Below, piece after piece: positions 23,281 to 31,532 of a DNA stretch of 32,000 bases. The number at the start of each line of letters is the position of its first letter. Position 1 is the stretch's first letter. A model generated the notes under the pieces. It ran no database searches, was not told where the DNA came from, and was given only the letters and a program-made list of their open reading frames with translations. The stretch lies in contig JAUSKK010000046.1 of NCBI GenBank assembly GCA_030649345.1, positions 1-32,000 on the forward strand, written 5' to 3'. The DNA is from Candidatus Iainarchaeum sp. (GTDB lineage: Archaea; Iainarchaeota; Iainarchaeia; Iainarchaeales; 0-14-0-20-34-12). Position numbers and translations under genes: made by a program.

Positions 23281-24173
23281 TTGACTTTTCTTAAAGCGAT
23301 CAGACAACAAGTTTCAGCTTCTTCAATTCCAGAACAAGTTTCTTGCGGAGGATTATCAAACGGAGAAAGCTGTTGAACTGTATCACGTAAGTTAGTTTTC
23401 GAATCACATACAGCCCATAAACGCACATTTTTTGAACTCGAACTAGAATACAAAATAATTCCATCTTGCAAAGAAAAACCTTGACTATCTTGCGAAAAGT
23501 CCCCTAAGCTTAAAACAATTTGATTTGAAAGAAGTCCAGTTTGAGAAGCTGTGGCAATCGCCCGAGTATTCATACTATCATTTGATTTGAAAACAACCCG
23601 AGAACTGGTTTTTGGAGTATATAGATTGTTGACTGAATTTTGAATTAAACTACTAGCATTTGAAATTGGCTGTGTTTGAGAACCAACTTCAACAATAATC
23701 AAACTACTCAAAAATACAAACCCAAAAATCAAAAATACTAAAAATCCAAGACTGGCAAGTTTTAAGTCAGGTAATTTCAAATCACTTAGTTTAGATAAAC
23801 CAAAACTTTGTTTGGAAAAAAAAATTAAAATCGGCAAAGCCAGCAAAATTATCAGCCAAATTACTGCAAGCAAATCTACCCAAGAGTAAGCAGTTGTTTT
23901 TGAAAAAAGAAACGAAATAAATGGAAAGAAAAAAAAGAAGCCTAAAACTAAAAGATGTAGTGTGCTTAAAACCAAACTCAAAGCAAATGTAGCTTTTGTT
24001 CTCTTAAAAATGCCCCAAACAGCAATTAATGGAATTAACAAAAGGAATGGAATGTCTAAGAATACTTGTCCTAAAGCACCCAGTGTGAAAACATAAACCA
24101 ATAAGCTAGCAAACAATGCTAAATTTAAAATACTGAGAAATTTTATTCTCAGATATGAGTTCACAAAAGGCAT
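23277..24173 (-). CDS. hypothetical multi-pass membrane protein with ~130-aa C-terminal soluble Ser/Gln-rich domain
   Basis: Five to six hydrophobic segments in the first ~165 aa, then SQTQPISNASS...CSGIEEAETCC. I recognise no family. Confidence 0.5.
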   Translation of the reverse strand: MPFVNSYLRIKFLSILNLALFASLLVYVFTLGALGQVFLDIPFLLLIPLIAVWGIFKRTKATFALSLVLSTLHLLVLGFFFFFPFISFLFSKTTAYSWVDLLAVIWLIILLALPILIFFSKQSFGLSKLSDLKLPDLKLASLGFLVFLIFGFVFLSSLIIVEVGSQTQPISNASSLIQNSVNNLYTPKTSSRVVFKSNDSMNTRAIATASQTGLLSNQIVLSLGDFSQDSQGFSLQDGIILYSSSSSKNVRLWAVCDSKTNLRDTVQQLSPFDNPPQETCSGIEEAETCCLIALRKVN

Positions 24174-24216
24174 TTACAAAATAAAGAACAGATCTAAATA
24201 TATATCACATTCAAGC

Positions 24217-24561
24217 CTAAGTTTTGAGTTTTTTAATACTTCCAGAAACCTTTACAATTTTCGGAATTACTTTAGTCAAGCCAGCTTGGGTTAAAAACAA
24301 AATAACTGTTTTTGCACGTTCCAATTCAATGCGAGAACATTTTACAATCGCTCTTTTTTTAGCTAAATTAAAGTCCACCAAATGCAAGGCTAACTGTGCA
24401 GTAAACGAACTTCCAAATAAGCTTAAAGCACTGGCTTGCAGGGCTTGATTTAACTCATTCAATGAAAAACTTTGTTCAGAGAAAAATTCAACCAAAATAT
24501 AACGTTTTTTAATCCGCATACTGGAAGGCAAAGCATGCAATTTGGTTTTAGCAATCTTCAT
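24217..24561 (-). CDS. rnp2: RNase P protein component 2 (Pop5/Rpp14 homologue)
   Basis: LHALPSSMRIKKRYILVEF...AIVKCSRIELERAKTVILF fits the Pop5 family. It is a known superoperon member upstream of psmA. I prefer Met20 of the listed ORF (24561). Confidence 0.7.
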   Translation of the reverse strand: MKIAKTKLHALPSSMRIKKRYILVEFFSEQSFSLNELNQALQASALSLFGSSFTAQLALHLVDFNLAKKRAIVKCSRIELERAKTVILFLTQAGLTKVIPKIVKVSGSIKKLKT

Positions 24562-24598
24562 ACTAGAATTAATAGTTTTATTGCTTAAAAGTATATCT

Positions 24599-25417
24599 AT
24601 GCAAAAAACATTACTCATTCAGTTAATCACCATATTCTTAATTACACAAATTCTTGGAATCTTTGTTTCCTTGAACTTAATCCAAACCGAACTCAAAGTA
24701 GAATTGGTGAATGAAAATGCAAACGATGTATCCAATAGTTTGTTTTTGTTTGCGCAAATTTTAATCATGACTGGGGTCATGTTATTGGGAATTAAATTAT
24801 TCAAGAAAGGATTTTTTTTACGCATACTCGAAGGGCTTGCTATTTTGTTTTCGTCATATTTGGTTTTTTGGACAATCATTCCAGACTTGGCATTCATGTT
24901 CAGTGTTTTGCTTTTGGGATTAAAGAATTTTATGCAGGATAATTTTTTTGTGAAAAATATTGTGAGTATTTTAGCTGTAACTGGTGTTGGTTCTTTGTTG
25001 GGTGTTTCTTTAGGCATCATCCCAGTCATTGTGTTTTTGGTTTTGCTGGCAGTCTATGATTTAATTGCAGTGTTTGTCACCAAGCATATGCTTGTTTTAG
25101 CCAAACCAGTGATTGAAAAAAATTTAGCTTTTACAGTCACTATGCCAACCAAAGAACACGCGTATCAATTGGGCACAGGCGATTTAGTGATTCCTTTAGT
25201 TTTTGCTTCCAGTTTGTTAAATGAAGGAAAATCTGCCGGATTATTGTTTCCGAATTTTTTAATTTTTCCTGTAATTATTTTATTGGCTAGTTTGATTGGA
25301 TTGATTGTCACTTTAGAAATTGCTGAAAAATATCAAAAACCTTTGCCGGCTTTGCCTTTGCAGGTAGTATTGATGATTGTAGTTTGGTTTAGTTATAAAA
25401 TTTTAGTTCCAATTTGA
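24599..25417 (+). CDS. presenilin / signal-peptide-peptidase homologue (A22 intramembrane aspartyl protease, PSH-like)
   Basis: Multi-TM protein with catalytic YD (LLAVYDLIAVF), GxGD (LGTGDLVIP) and PAL (KPLPALPLQ) motifs in the correct order. ATG 24599 preferred over the listed TTG at 24542. Confidence 0.8.
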   Translation: MQKTLLIQLITIFLITQILGIFVSLNLIQTELKVELVNENANDVSNSLFLFAQILIMTGVMLLGIKLFKKGFFLRILEGLAILFSSYLVFWTIIPDLAFMFSVLLLGLKNFMQDNFFVKNIVSILAVTGVGSLLGVSLGIIPVIVFLVLLAVYDLIAVFVTKHMLVLAKPVIEKNLAFTVTMPTKEHAYQLGTGDLVIPLVFASSLLNEGKSAGLLFPNFLIFPVIILLASLIGLIVTLEIAEKYQKPLPALPLQVVLMIVVWFSYKILVPI

Positions 25418-25464
25418 AAATGTGTCTACGAGATTTAAATACCTTGTTAGAGTAATATTAGTTT

Positions 25465-25896
25465 ATGAAAGAATTTAAACTAGAAATAACCAAACTGGAC
25501 TTATTTACTCCCAATGAACCTTTTGGAAGAGTTGCTAAAGCCATCGAAGTTTTTGACAATTCAACTGAGTTGGATGTAAAACCATTTAGACTGCAAGTAA
25601 TAGAACTTCCACCGAATAAATCTTTTGATCCGCATGTGCATGTGTCCGAACACATTATTTACATTATCGAGGGAAATGGGAGTGTAGCTATTTGGGGCTT
25701 TGATGATTCAAAAAAGTCTATTGAAGTATTTAAAAATTCAAAAACAGATTATGCAGTGTCTAAAGGAGATATTTTTATTATTCCAAAAGATTGTCCTCAT
25801 GCATTTTCTTCTGGAACTATTGGTTTAAAAGAATTGATTATCAATGTTCCAGGCATTGCATTATCGCATGTACAGCGAATTGTTTGGACCGACTAA
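25465..25896 (+). CDS. cupin-domain protein
   Basis: Cupin motif 1 PHVHVSEHIIYIIEGNG and motif 2 GDIFIIPKDCPHAF. Confidence 0.7.
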   Translation: MKEFKLEITKLDLFTPNEPFGRVAKAIEVFDNSTELDVKPFRLQVIELPPNKSFDPHVHVSEHIIYIIEGNGSVAIWGFDDSKKSIEVFKNSKTDYAVSKGDIFIIPKDCPHAFSSGTIGLKELIINVPGIALSHVQRIVWTD

Positions 25897-25920
25897 AGTG
25901 CATATTGGAAAAAAGTATTT

Positions 25921-26559
25921 TTAAATGTGGAAGAAAGCTCTTAGCCAAGTGATTCCAAAATAGCCAGCATAGGAAAGAATAATGTATCGGCCTGTTTTTC
26001 CCACCCAAACTGCTAAAAAGAATTTTCGTACATCAAATCTCATGACACCGCACAGCAATCCAATAATATCAAAGGGAAACGGGATCAATGCAGCCAATGC
26101 AATAAAATAAGTTCCTTGGTTTTGGACACGTTCTTTAATTTCATCAAAGTTTATTGAAAATTGCTGCTTTCGGAATTCTTGCAGACTTTTAATACTAAAA
26201 TAGCCAATAACATACCCTGAAAGTTCTCCGATAGCAGCACCCAAGCCAACAGTTAATCCTAAAATAAATGGACTTAAAATTCCTAAATGATAAAAATCAA
26301 TTTGGCCAAACAATACAATAAAAATATCCACTGGCACTGGCAGTAAAATAGTTGCATTGGCTATAATGGTTGCAATAAAAACACCCGGCAAACCGTAAGT
26401 CAAAATAATGGTTTCAAAGATTTTTGGGTTTTTAGAAAAATAATCTGCCAGCACAAAAATAGCCATAAGGATAGCTAAAAGAGGCGCGAAAAATTTCCAG
26501 CGAATGCTTGTCTTTTCTTCGATTTTACTGGATTTGCTTTTATACACCCATTTGGTCAA
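25921..26559 (-). CDS. VTT-domain membrane protein (DedA/SNARE-associated, YqaA-like)
   Basis: YGLPGVFIATIIANATILLPVPVD plus further TM segments. TTG start preceded by an AGGTGA SD. Confidence 0.65.
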   Translation of the reverse strand: MTKWVYKSKSSKIEEKTSIRWKFFAPLLAILMAIFVLADYFSKNPKIFETIILTYGLPGVFIATIIANATILLPVPVDIFIVLFGQIDFYHLGILSPFILGLTVGLGAAIGELSGYVIGYFSIKSLQEFRKQQFSINFDEIKERVQNQGTYFIALAALIPFPFDIIGLLCGVMRFDVRKFFLAVWVGKTGRYIILSYAGYFGITWLRAFFHI

Positions 26560-26723
26560 ACTTTCACCTATACTTTAATAAAAGGTTTATTGGAGAATTT
26601 AGTAAATTAAGACTAAACTTATTAATTAAGCAAACGGTAATTGTTTAACTCAAACAAGGTAAAAAAATGGAATTAAATCTTGTGCCAAAATTTAAAACTT
26701 TAAAAAACCAGAGGTTTTCTTAA

Positions 26724-27125
26724 ATGCAGTATAAAGAAATGTTATCCAGATTGTATTCTTCTTTGCCCAAGCAAACTTTAAGCAAAGAACGATTTGAAAT
26801 GCCAGTCGTTGAATCCTTTACCCAAGGGCCTAGGACATTCATTAAAAATTTCGAGTCTATTTTAAAAACCATTCGGCGAGAACGCGATCAAGCATTAAAA
26901 GTTTTAACCAAAGAACTGGCAACCGCAGCATCCATTGAAGAAGACAAAGTAGTCTTGAAAGGAAAATTTGAACAAGCCAAAATTCAAAAAGTAGTAAATT
27001 ATTATATTCAAAAATATGTTTTATGCAGTGAATGCAAAAAACCAGACACCAAGCTTTTGGAACAAAAAGGAATCAAAGTCCTAAAATGCGAAGCTTGTGG
27101 TGCAACTTCTTCTGTAAAGGAATAA
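26724..27125 (+). CDS. eif2b: translation initiation factor aIF2 beta subunit
   Basis: YKEMLSRLYSSLP N-terminus, central eIF2beta/eIF5 domain, C-terminal zinc ribbon CSECKKPDT...CEACGA. GAGG SD upstream. Confidence 0.9.
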   Translation: MQYKEMLSRLYSSLPKQTLSKERFEMPVVESFTQGPRTFIKNFESILKTIRRERDQALKVLTKELATAASIEEDKVVLKGKFEQAKIQKVVNYYIQKYVLCSECKKPDTKLLEQKGIKVLKCEACGATSSVKE

Positions 27126-27127
27126 AC

Positions 27128-27514
27128 ATGATTCATAGTTCGAGACCTCAAAAACAGTCCGAGGATCGAGTGAAACGAAGATCCCCTAACCCAAAGGCAT
27201 TGAAACCACAGATTGGTTCTGATATAGTTTGTAAGATTCATTCCTATGAAGGAAAAACAATTTTAGCAGCCTGCGATAAAGAATTGGTCGGCCGAAAACT
27301 GAAACGCTTTGATTACGAAATTCATATCTCAGAACATTTTTATAAAGGAAAATCTGTTTCCCGGGAAGAACTCAAAGAATTCATGCAAGAATTTGGCAAT
27401 ATAAATTTGTTTGGAGAAAAAACAGTACAATTGGCCATAGAGTTAGGATTAATAACTGAAGCAAGCATTATTTTGATTGACAGTATACCGCATGTGGTTA
27501 TTATTCAATTATAA
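27128..27514 (+). CDS. DUF424 (COG2412) protein with ~30-aa basic N-terminal extension
   Basis: ILAACDKELVGRKL...ISEHFYKGKSV...NLFGEKTVQLAIELGLI...IPHVVI is the DUF424 pattern. ATG 27128 lies 2 nt after the aIF2beta stop. The listed start at 27032 overlaps aIF2beta and is unlikely. Confidence 0.75.
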   Translation: MIHSSRPQKQSEDRVKRRSPNPKALKPQIGSDIVCKIHSYEGKTILAACDKELVGRKLKRFDYEIHISEHFYKGKSVSREELKEFMQEFGNINLFGEKTVQLAIELGLITEASIILIDSIPHVVIIQL

Positions 27515-27579
27515 TTAGGTGAAAAAAATTTGAGTTTAAATTTAAAAAATCTAAAACTTTTAAAATCCGGAGTTTTTTA

Positions 27580-27903
27580 ATGGCCGATGTGAAAAAACCA
27601 GCTGACGGAGAACAGCCAACCTTTCGAATTGTTTTACCTAGAAAGCACGAAAACGAAATGTTTGCTATTGTAATTAAACTAAATGGCACAGATCAAGTCA
27701 AAGCCATATTTCAAGACGGTGTTGAACGCGGCTGCAGAATTACTGGAAAACTCAAAAAGAAAGTCTGGATTCGAGAAGGCGATTTAATTATTGCAAAAAT
27801 TTGGGATTTCCAACCCTCGAAAGCAGACATTGTTTGGAGATATTTAGAACCTCAAAAAAACGTATTGTACCGAAAAGGGTTGCTGACCGGTTTACCGCTT
27901 TAA
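27580..27903 (+). CDS. eif1a: translation initiation factor aIF1A
   Basis: S1-like OB pattern MFAIVIKLNGTDQVKAIFQDGVERGCRITGKLKKKVWIREGDLIIAKIWDFQ..KADIVWRY. GGAG SD upstream. Confidence 0.9.
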   Translation: MADVKKPADGEQPTFRIVLPRKHENEMFAIVIKLNGTDQVKAIFQDGVERGCRITGKLKKKVWIREGDLIIAKIWDFQPSKADIVWRYLEPQKNVLYRKGLLTGLPL

Positions 27904-27908
27904 AATAA

Positions 27909-28484
27909 ATGAAAATTATGAAGCAAGTAAAAGTTTACATTGCAGGAAAAATTTCACCAGATTCTATTTTTAAAACAGAACATTGGCGCGAACAATTCTG
28001 TCAACAATTAGAATTACTTTCCAAAACCAAAATCGTAAATTTATATTCTGCCAAAACACAGCCTTTCGGAAACTTGAATGAAAGCAATCCCTATTTTATT
28101 GTTGGATTGGATACTCATTTGCTTAAACAAGCTGATTTAGTAATTGTAAATTTAACCGATGATATTAGTGTTGGGGCATCTCAAGAAATGTTGATTGCAA
28201 AATACTTCAAAAAGCCATTGATTGGATTAGCACCCAAAGGCGGAAGATTTGTCAAAGAACAAAAACAAATTTGGGGAAACACGTATGAAAACTGGACCCA
28301 TCCCTTTGTAGCATTGTCTTGTGATTTAATTGTGCATAACTTAGATGATTTAGCTGAAGCTGTACAAAAATTTGCACGCCGAGAAATCTTGCAAGTCAAT
28401 ATCAAAACATTATCCTATTTAGATGAAGTTTCCAAAATCTATGAAGACGAATTTTTAGAATTAGAGAAAAGTATTCAGAAATAG
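27909..28484 (+). CDS. nucleoside 2-deoxyribosyltransferase-like (Rossmann-like) protein
   Basis: VKVYIAGKI ... KQADLVIVNLTDDISVGASQEMLIAKYFKKPLIGL matches the family layout, including a candidate catalytic Glu. It starts 5 nt after aIF1A. Confidence 0.5.
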   Translation: MKIMKQVKVYIAGKISPDSIFKTEHWREQFCQQLELLSKTKIVNLYSAKTQPFGNLNESNPYFIVGLDTHLLKQADLVIVNLTDDISVGASQEMLIAKYFKKPLIGLAPKGGRFVKEQKQIWGNTYENWTHPFVALSCDLIVHNLDDLAEAVQKFARREILQVNIKTLSYLDEVSKIYEDEFLELEKSIQK

Positions 28485-28486
28485 TT

Positions 28487-29557
28487 CTACACAATTTTTA
28501 CAGTTCCTTTCGTTGCATTCAGTTCAATTTTTTGGCCATCTTTTAAAATTTGGGTTGCTTTTCCAGTTCCTACAATGCACGGAATTTTTAATTCTCGACT
28601 GACAATGGCTGCATGACACAATATTCCGCCCGTGTCTGTAACAATTCCTGCAATTTTCTTAAACACTGGAATAAATTCAGGCGTAGTCATAGTCGTAACC
28701 AAGATATCTCCTTTTTTAATTTTTGAAAAATCTTTGGGACTTAAAACAATGCGTACAGTTCCAGTAATTTGACCAGAACAAGCTGGAAGTCCTCGAATCA
28801 AAAAATTAGATTTATGCACACTTGATTGCTGAATTGTTTTTGGAAGTTTCCAAAAAGGATTGTAGTCTAAAAAAGCAAACTTATTTTTTCCATAATAAAG
28901 AAACTCAAAATAACCTTGCGCATACTCGAAACTTTTTTTGGAATTATGAGAACGCAGTCTAACTTGTTCGACTACTTTTTCAGCAATTTTTTGACTTTCT
29001 ATTGTAGGCGAAAGCCATCTCTGTGTTTTGAAATTATAACAGCACTCAAACAATCCACTTTGAGAATGATTAAGTCCTTGGGTTAAAAACATCAAATTTT
29101 CTTGCGTTAGCTCCATTCGAATTTCGTCTCGATTGATACTGAAAATACCGCACCATTTGGGTTCTTCGTATTCACGAATGCTTATTTCATAACACAAAGA
29201 ATTTGGCTGCAATCCTTGCACAAGTGCTTTGCATTCTTTTTCAGAAATATCATGCTTACGCTGAATAAACAAGGTTTTTTGAAACTCAAGCAAAGGATTG
29301 ACTTTAATGAAAAACTTTTTACTCGAAGCGTTATGAAAAAAAGACTGCACATTTTTAGAGTTTTGCAGAAAATCAATTGAATTAAAATAAGTTAATCGTT
29401 CAATCGGCAAACCAATTTCTTGATTTAATTTTTCCAAGCGCTGATATTTTTTTAATTCATTTTGAATAAGAACATGCGCACGACTGGAACTCAAAAGAGT
29501 GTGTTCTCGAGCTATCTGAAACCATTCGGATAAACCAAAACTTTTTGCTTTAACCAT
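28487..29557 (-). CDS. PEP-utilizer swivel (phosphohistidine) domain protein with divergent, possibly ATP-grasp-like N-domain; no PEP/pyruvate TIM barrel
   Basis: The C-terminal ~95 aa (GLPACSGQITGTVRIV...GDILVTTMTTPEF...GIVTDTGGILCHAAIVSRELKIPCIVG) match the mobile His domain of PpsA/PPDK. The N-terminal ~260 aa are unassigned. Segments FFIKVNP, ISIREYEEP and FAFLDYNP vaguely recall an ATP-grasp. Confidence 0.65.
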   Translation of the reverse strand: MVKAKSFGLSEWFQIAREHTLLSSSRAHVLIQNELKKYQRLEKLNQEIGLPIERLTYFNSIDFLQNSKNVQSFFHNASSKKFFIKVNPLLEFQKTLFIQRKHDISEKECKALVQGLQPNSLCYEISIREYEEPKWCGIFSINRDEIRMELTQENLMFLTQGLNHSQSGLFECCYNFKTQRWLSPTIESQKIAEKVVEQVRLRSHNSKKSFEYAQGYFEFLYYGKNKFAFLDYNPFWKLPKTIQQSSVHKSNFLIRGLPACSGQITGTVRIVLSPKDFSKIKKGDILVTTMTTPEFIPVFKKIAGIVTDTGGILCHAAIVSRELKIPCIVGTGKATQILKDGQKIELNATKGTVKIV

Positions 29558-29560
29558 AAA

Positions 29561-29980
29561 TTAAATTTTTCCTTGAAAAAATTTTTGATACAATTTAATT
29601 TCTTCCAAAAAATCAGGAACCACAATAAATTTGGCTTCGTCAAATCCAATCCATTTATGCACAGTGTGTTCTGAACTTAATTTTACATTTTCACTCAAGG
29701 CTTTGCAGACAAACACAATCATGGTAATTTTTTGCCCATCTTGTCGAGTGAAATGATGCACTTTCAAAGGATTTAAGACTTCAATGTCTAAACCCACTTC
29801 TTCTAAAACTTCTCTTTTCAAGCCATCAAATGGATTTTCGCCCATGCTTAATCTTCCGCCTGGAATTTCCCAAACCCCTGATTTATGCACTGCAGTTTCT
29901 GGACGTTTCACCAGCAATAATTTATTTTGGGCATTCACAACAAAGGCTTTCACAGTTACAGCAAAAGGATCTTGAGTCAT
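29561..29980 (-). CDS. Nudix hydrolase
   Basis: Nudix box GGRLSMGENPFDGLKREVLEEVGL. I prefer Met40 of the listed ORF (29980). The stop lies 3 nt before the start of the downstream swivel-domain gene. Confidence 0.85.
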   Translation of the reverse strand: MTQDPFAVTVKAFVVNAQNKLLLVKRPETAVHKSGVWEIPGGRLSMGENPFDGLKREVLEEVGLDIEVLNPLKVHHFTRQDGQKITMIVFVCKALSENVKLSSEHTVHKWIGFDEAKFIVVPDFLEEIKLYQKFFQGKI

Positions 29981-30073
29981 GCAATAATTGGATTGAAAAA
30001 GAATAAAAAGATTCCCGCAGGCAAAAAAAAAGGTTTCTGAAAGGTTTAAGGCAAGTATACACTTAAGTAATAT

Positions 30074-30853
30074 ATGAAAGAAGGAGCAGAAAACCAATAC
30101 GCGCGAATGATTAAAGAATACATTTCAGAAGAAAAAATTCAAAAAACATTCAATCAAGTATTTGACCATGAAACCATTCTAGGCTTGCATGAACTGGCTG
30201 AAAAAGGAATGCTTGAAAAAATTGAACATGTCATTAGCACAGGAAAAGAAGCACAAGTATTTCGCGCCATTGATGTAGCTGGAAACTTTCGAGCCATCAA
30301 AATTTACAAAACCAAAACAGCTACTTTTCGGCAAATGGAACAATACATTCAAGGAGACATGCGGTTTGAAAAAATCAAACACGATCCACGTTCATTGATT
30401 AATGCGTGGGCTAGAAAAGAATTCAAAAACTTAGAATTAATTCAAGCGGCCGAAGTACGGTGCCCGCATCCTTTGGGTTTTCAGAAAAATATTTTAATTA
30501 TGGAATTCATTGGAGACGAAAAAGGAAACCCTGCATTAAATCTAAAAGAAAACCCAATCACTGATTTAGAATTATTGTACGATACAGTAACAGAGTATGT
30601 AGCGCGCATGGTTGAACGAGCAAATTTAGTTCATGCTGACTTATCCGAGTACAATATTTTGAATTTACATCAAGAAGCCATTATCATTGACTGCGGACAA
30701 GGAGTCTTGAAAAGCCATCCGGAAGCTAAAACATTTTATGAACGCGATGTGCAAAATTTGGCCAATTATTTTACCAAAATGGGATATCCGAAAACTCAGG
30801 AAGAAATGTTAAAAAAAATCAAAGAAAAGCGGGAAAAACAACCTAAAAGATAG
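30074..30853 (+). CDS. rio1: RIO-type serine/threonine kinase Rio1
   Basis: STGKEAQVF, catalytic LVHADLSEYNIL, metal-binding IIDCGQGV. Rio1 length, with no N-terminal winged helix. Confidence 0.9.
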   Translation: MKEGAENQYARMIKEYISEEKIQKTFNQVFDHETILGLHELAEKGMLEKIEHVISTGKEAQVFRAIDVAGNFRAIKIYKTKTATFRQMEQYIQGDMRFEKIKHDPRSLINAWARKEFKNLELIQAAEVRCPHPLGFQKNILIMEFIGDEKGNPALNLKENPITDLELLYDTVTEYVARMVERANLVHADLSEYNILNLHQEAIIIDCGQGVLKSHPEAKTFYERDVQNLANYFTKMGYPKTQEEMLKKIKEKREKQPKR

Positions 30854-30934
30854 GTTCCTATGATATACTCATTTATAAATATTATTAATATTCAAGTATA
30901 GTATTAGCTTAACTTTGCCTTTAGAGAACCAATC

Positions 30935-31471
30935 ATGCTAGAAGAAACCATTAAAATTCCAATTGAACGAATACCTATCTTGATTGGAAAAGAAGGAAGT
31001 ACACGAAAAGAAATAGAACAAACAGCTAAAGTTAAGCTAGATATTGACAGCAAAACAGGAACTGTTAATATTGAAGTAACCCAAGGAGATGCCGTGCAAT
31101 TAGAACAAGCACTCAGCATAGTGCATGCCATTGCTCGAGGCTTTAATCCAGGCAAAGCAATGCTTTTAGCCAGCGATGAATATTACTTTGAGACCATGAA
31201 TCTCAAAGACATTGTAGGCAAAAGCGAAAAAGCCAGGGAAGCCATTAAGTCTAGAGTGATTGGAAAAAATGGAAAAATGCGCGAACAAATTGAACACAAC
31301 ACGCATTGTTTTGTTTCAGTCTACGGTCACACGATTTCCATTATTGGAAAATTAACTGAAATAGATTTAGCCAGAGAAGCTATTGAACGAATCATGAATG
31401 GAGCCAACTTAGTTACAGTTCAAAAATTTTTAAACAAACGAAGCAAACAAACACAAGAAATTGATTTTTAG
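30935..31471 (+). CDS. double-KH-domain RNA-binding protein (Dim2/Pno1-like)
   Basis: IPILIGKEGSTRKEIE and VIGKNGKMREQIE GxxG KH motifs. Typical position next to rio1. Confidence 0.8.
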   Translation: MLEETIKIPIERIPILIGKEGSTRKEIEQTAKVKLDIDSKTGTVNIEVTQGDAVQLEQALSIVHAIARGFNPGKAMLLASDEYYFETMNLKDIVGKSEKAREAIKSRVIGKNGKMREQIEHNTHCFVSVYGHTISIIGKLTEIDLAREAIERIMNGANLVTVQKFLNKRSKQTQEIDF

Positions 31472-31532
31472 GAAATTTTTATGGATTTAAAATTGAAAAT
31501 TTTAAAATATTTAAAATTCAGGAGAATTTTAA

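Noticed and set aside
26667-26723. 18-codon upstream ORF (MELNLVPKFKTLKNQRFS) ending in a TAA that abuts, in frame, the aIF2beta ATG. There is a similar 22-codon ORF (19786-19854, minus strand) abutting the rrp4 ATG.
   Set aside because: TAAATG junctions and short ATG-initiated frames are expected by chance in AT-rich leaders. Neither ORF has an SD and both overlap the SD or promoter of the real gene. Only conservation or ribosome profiling could rescue them.
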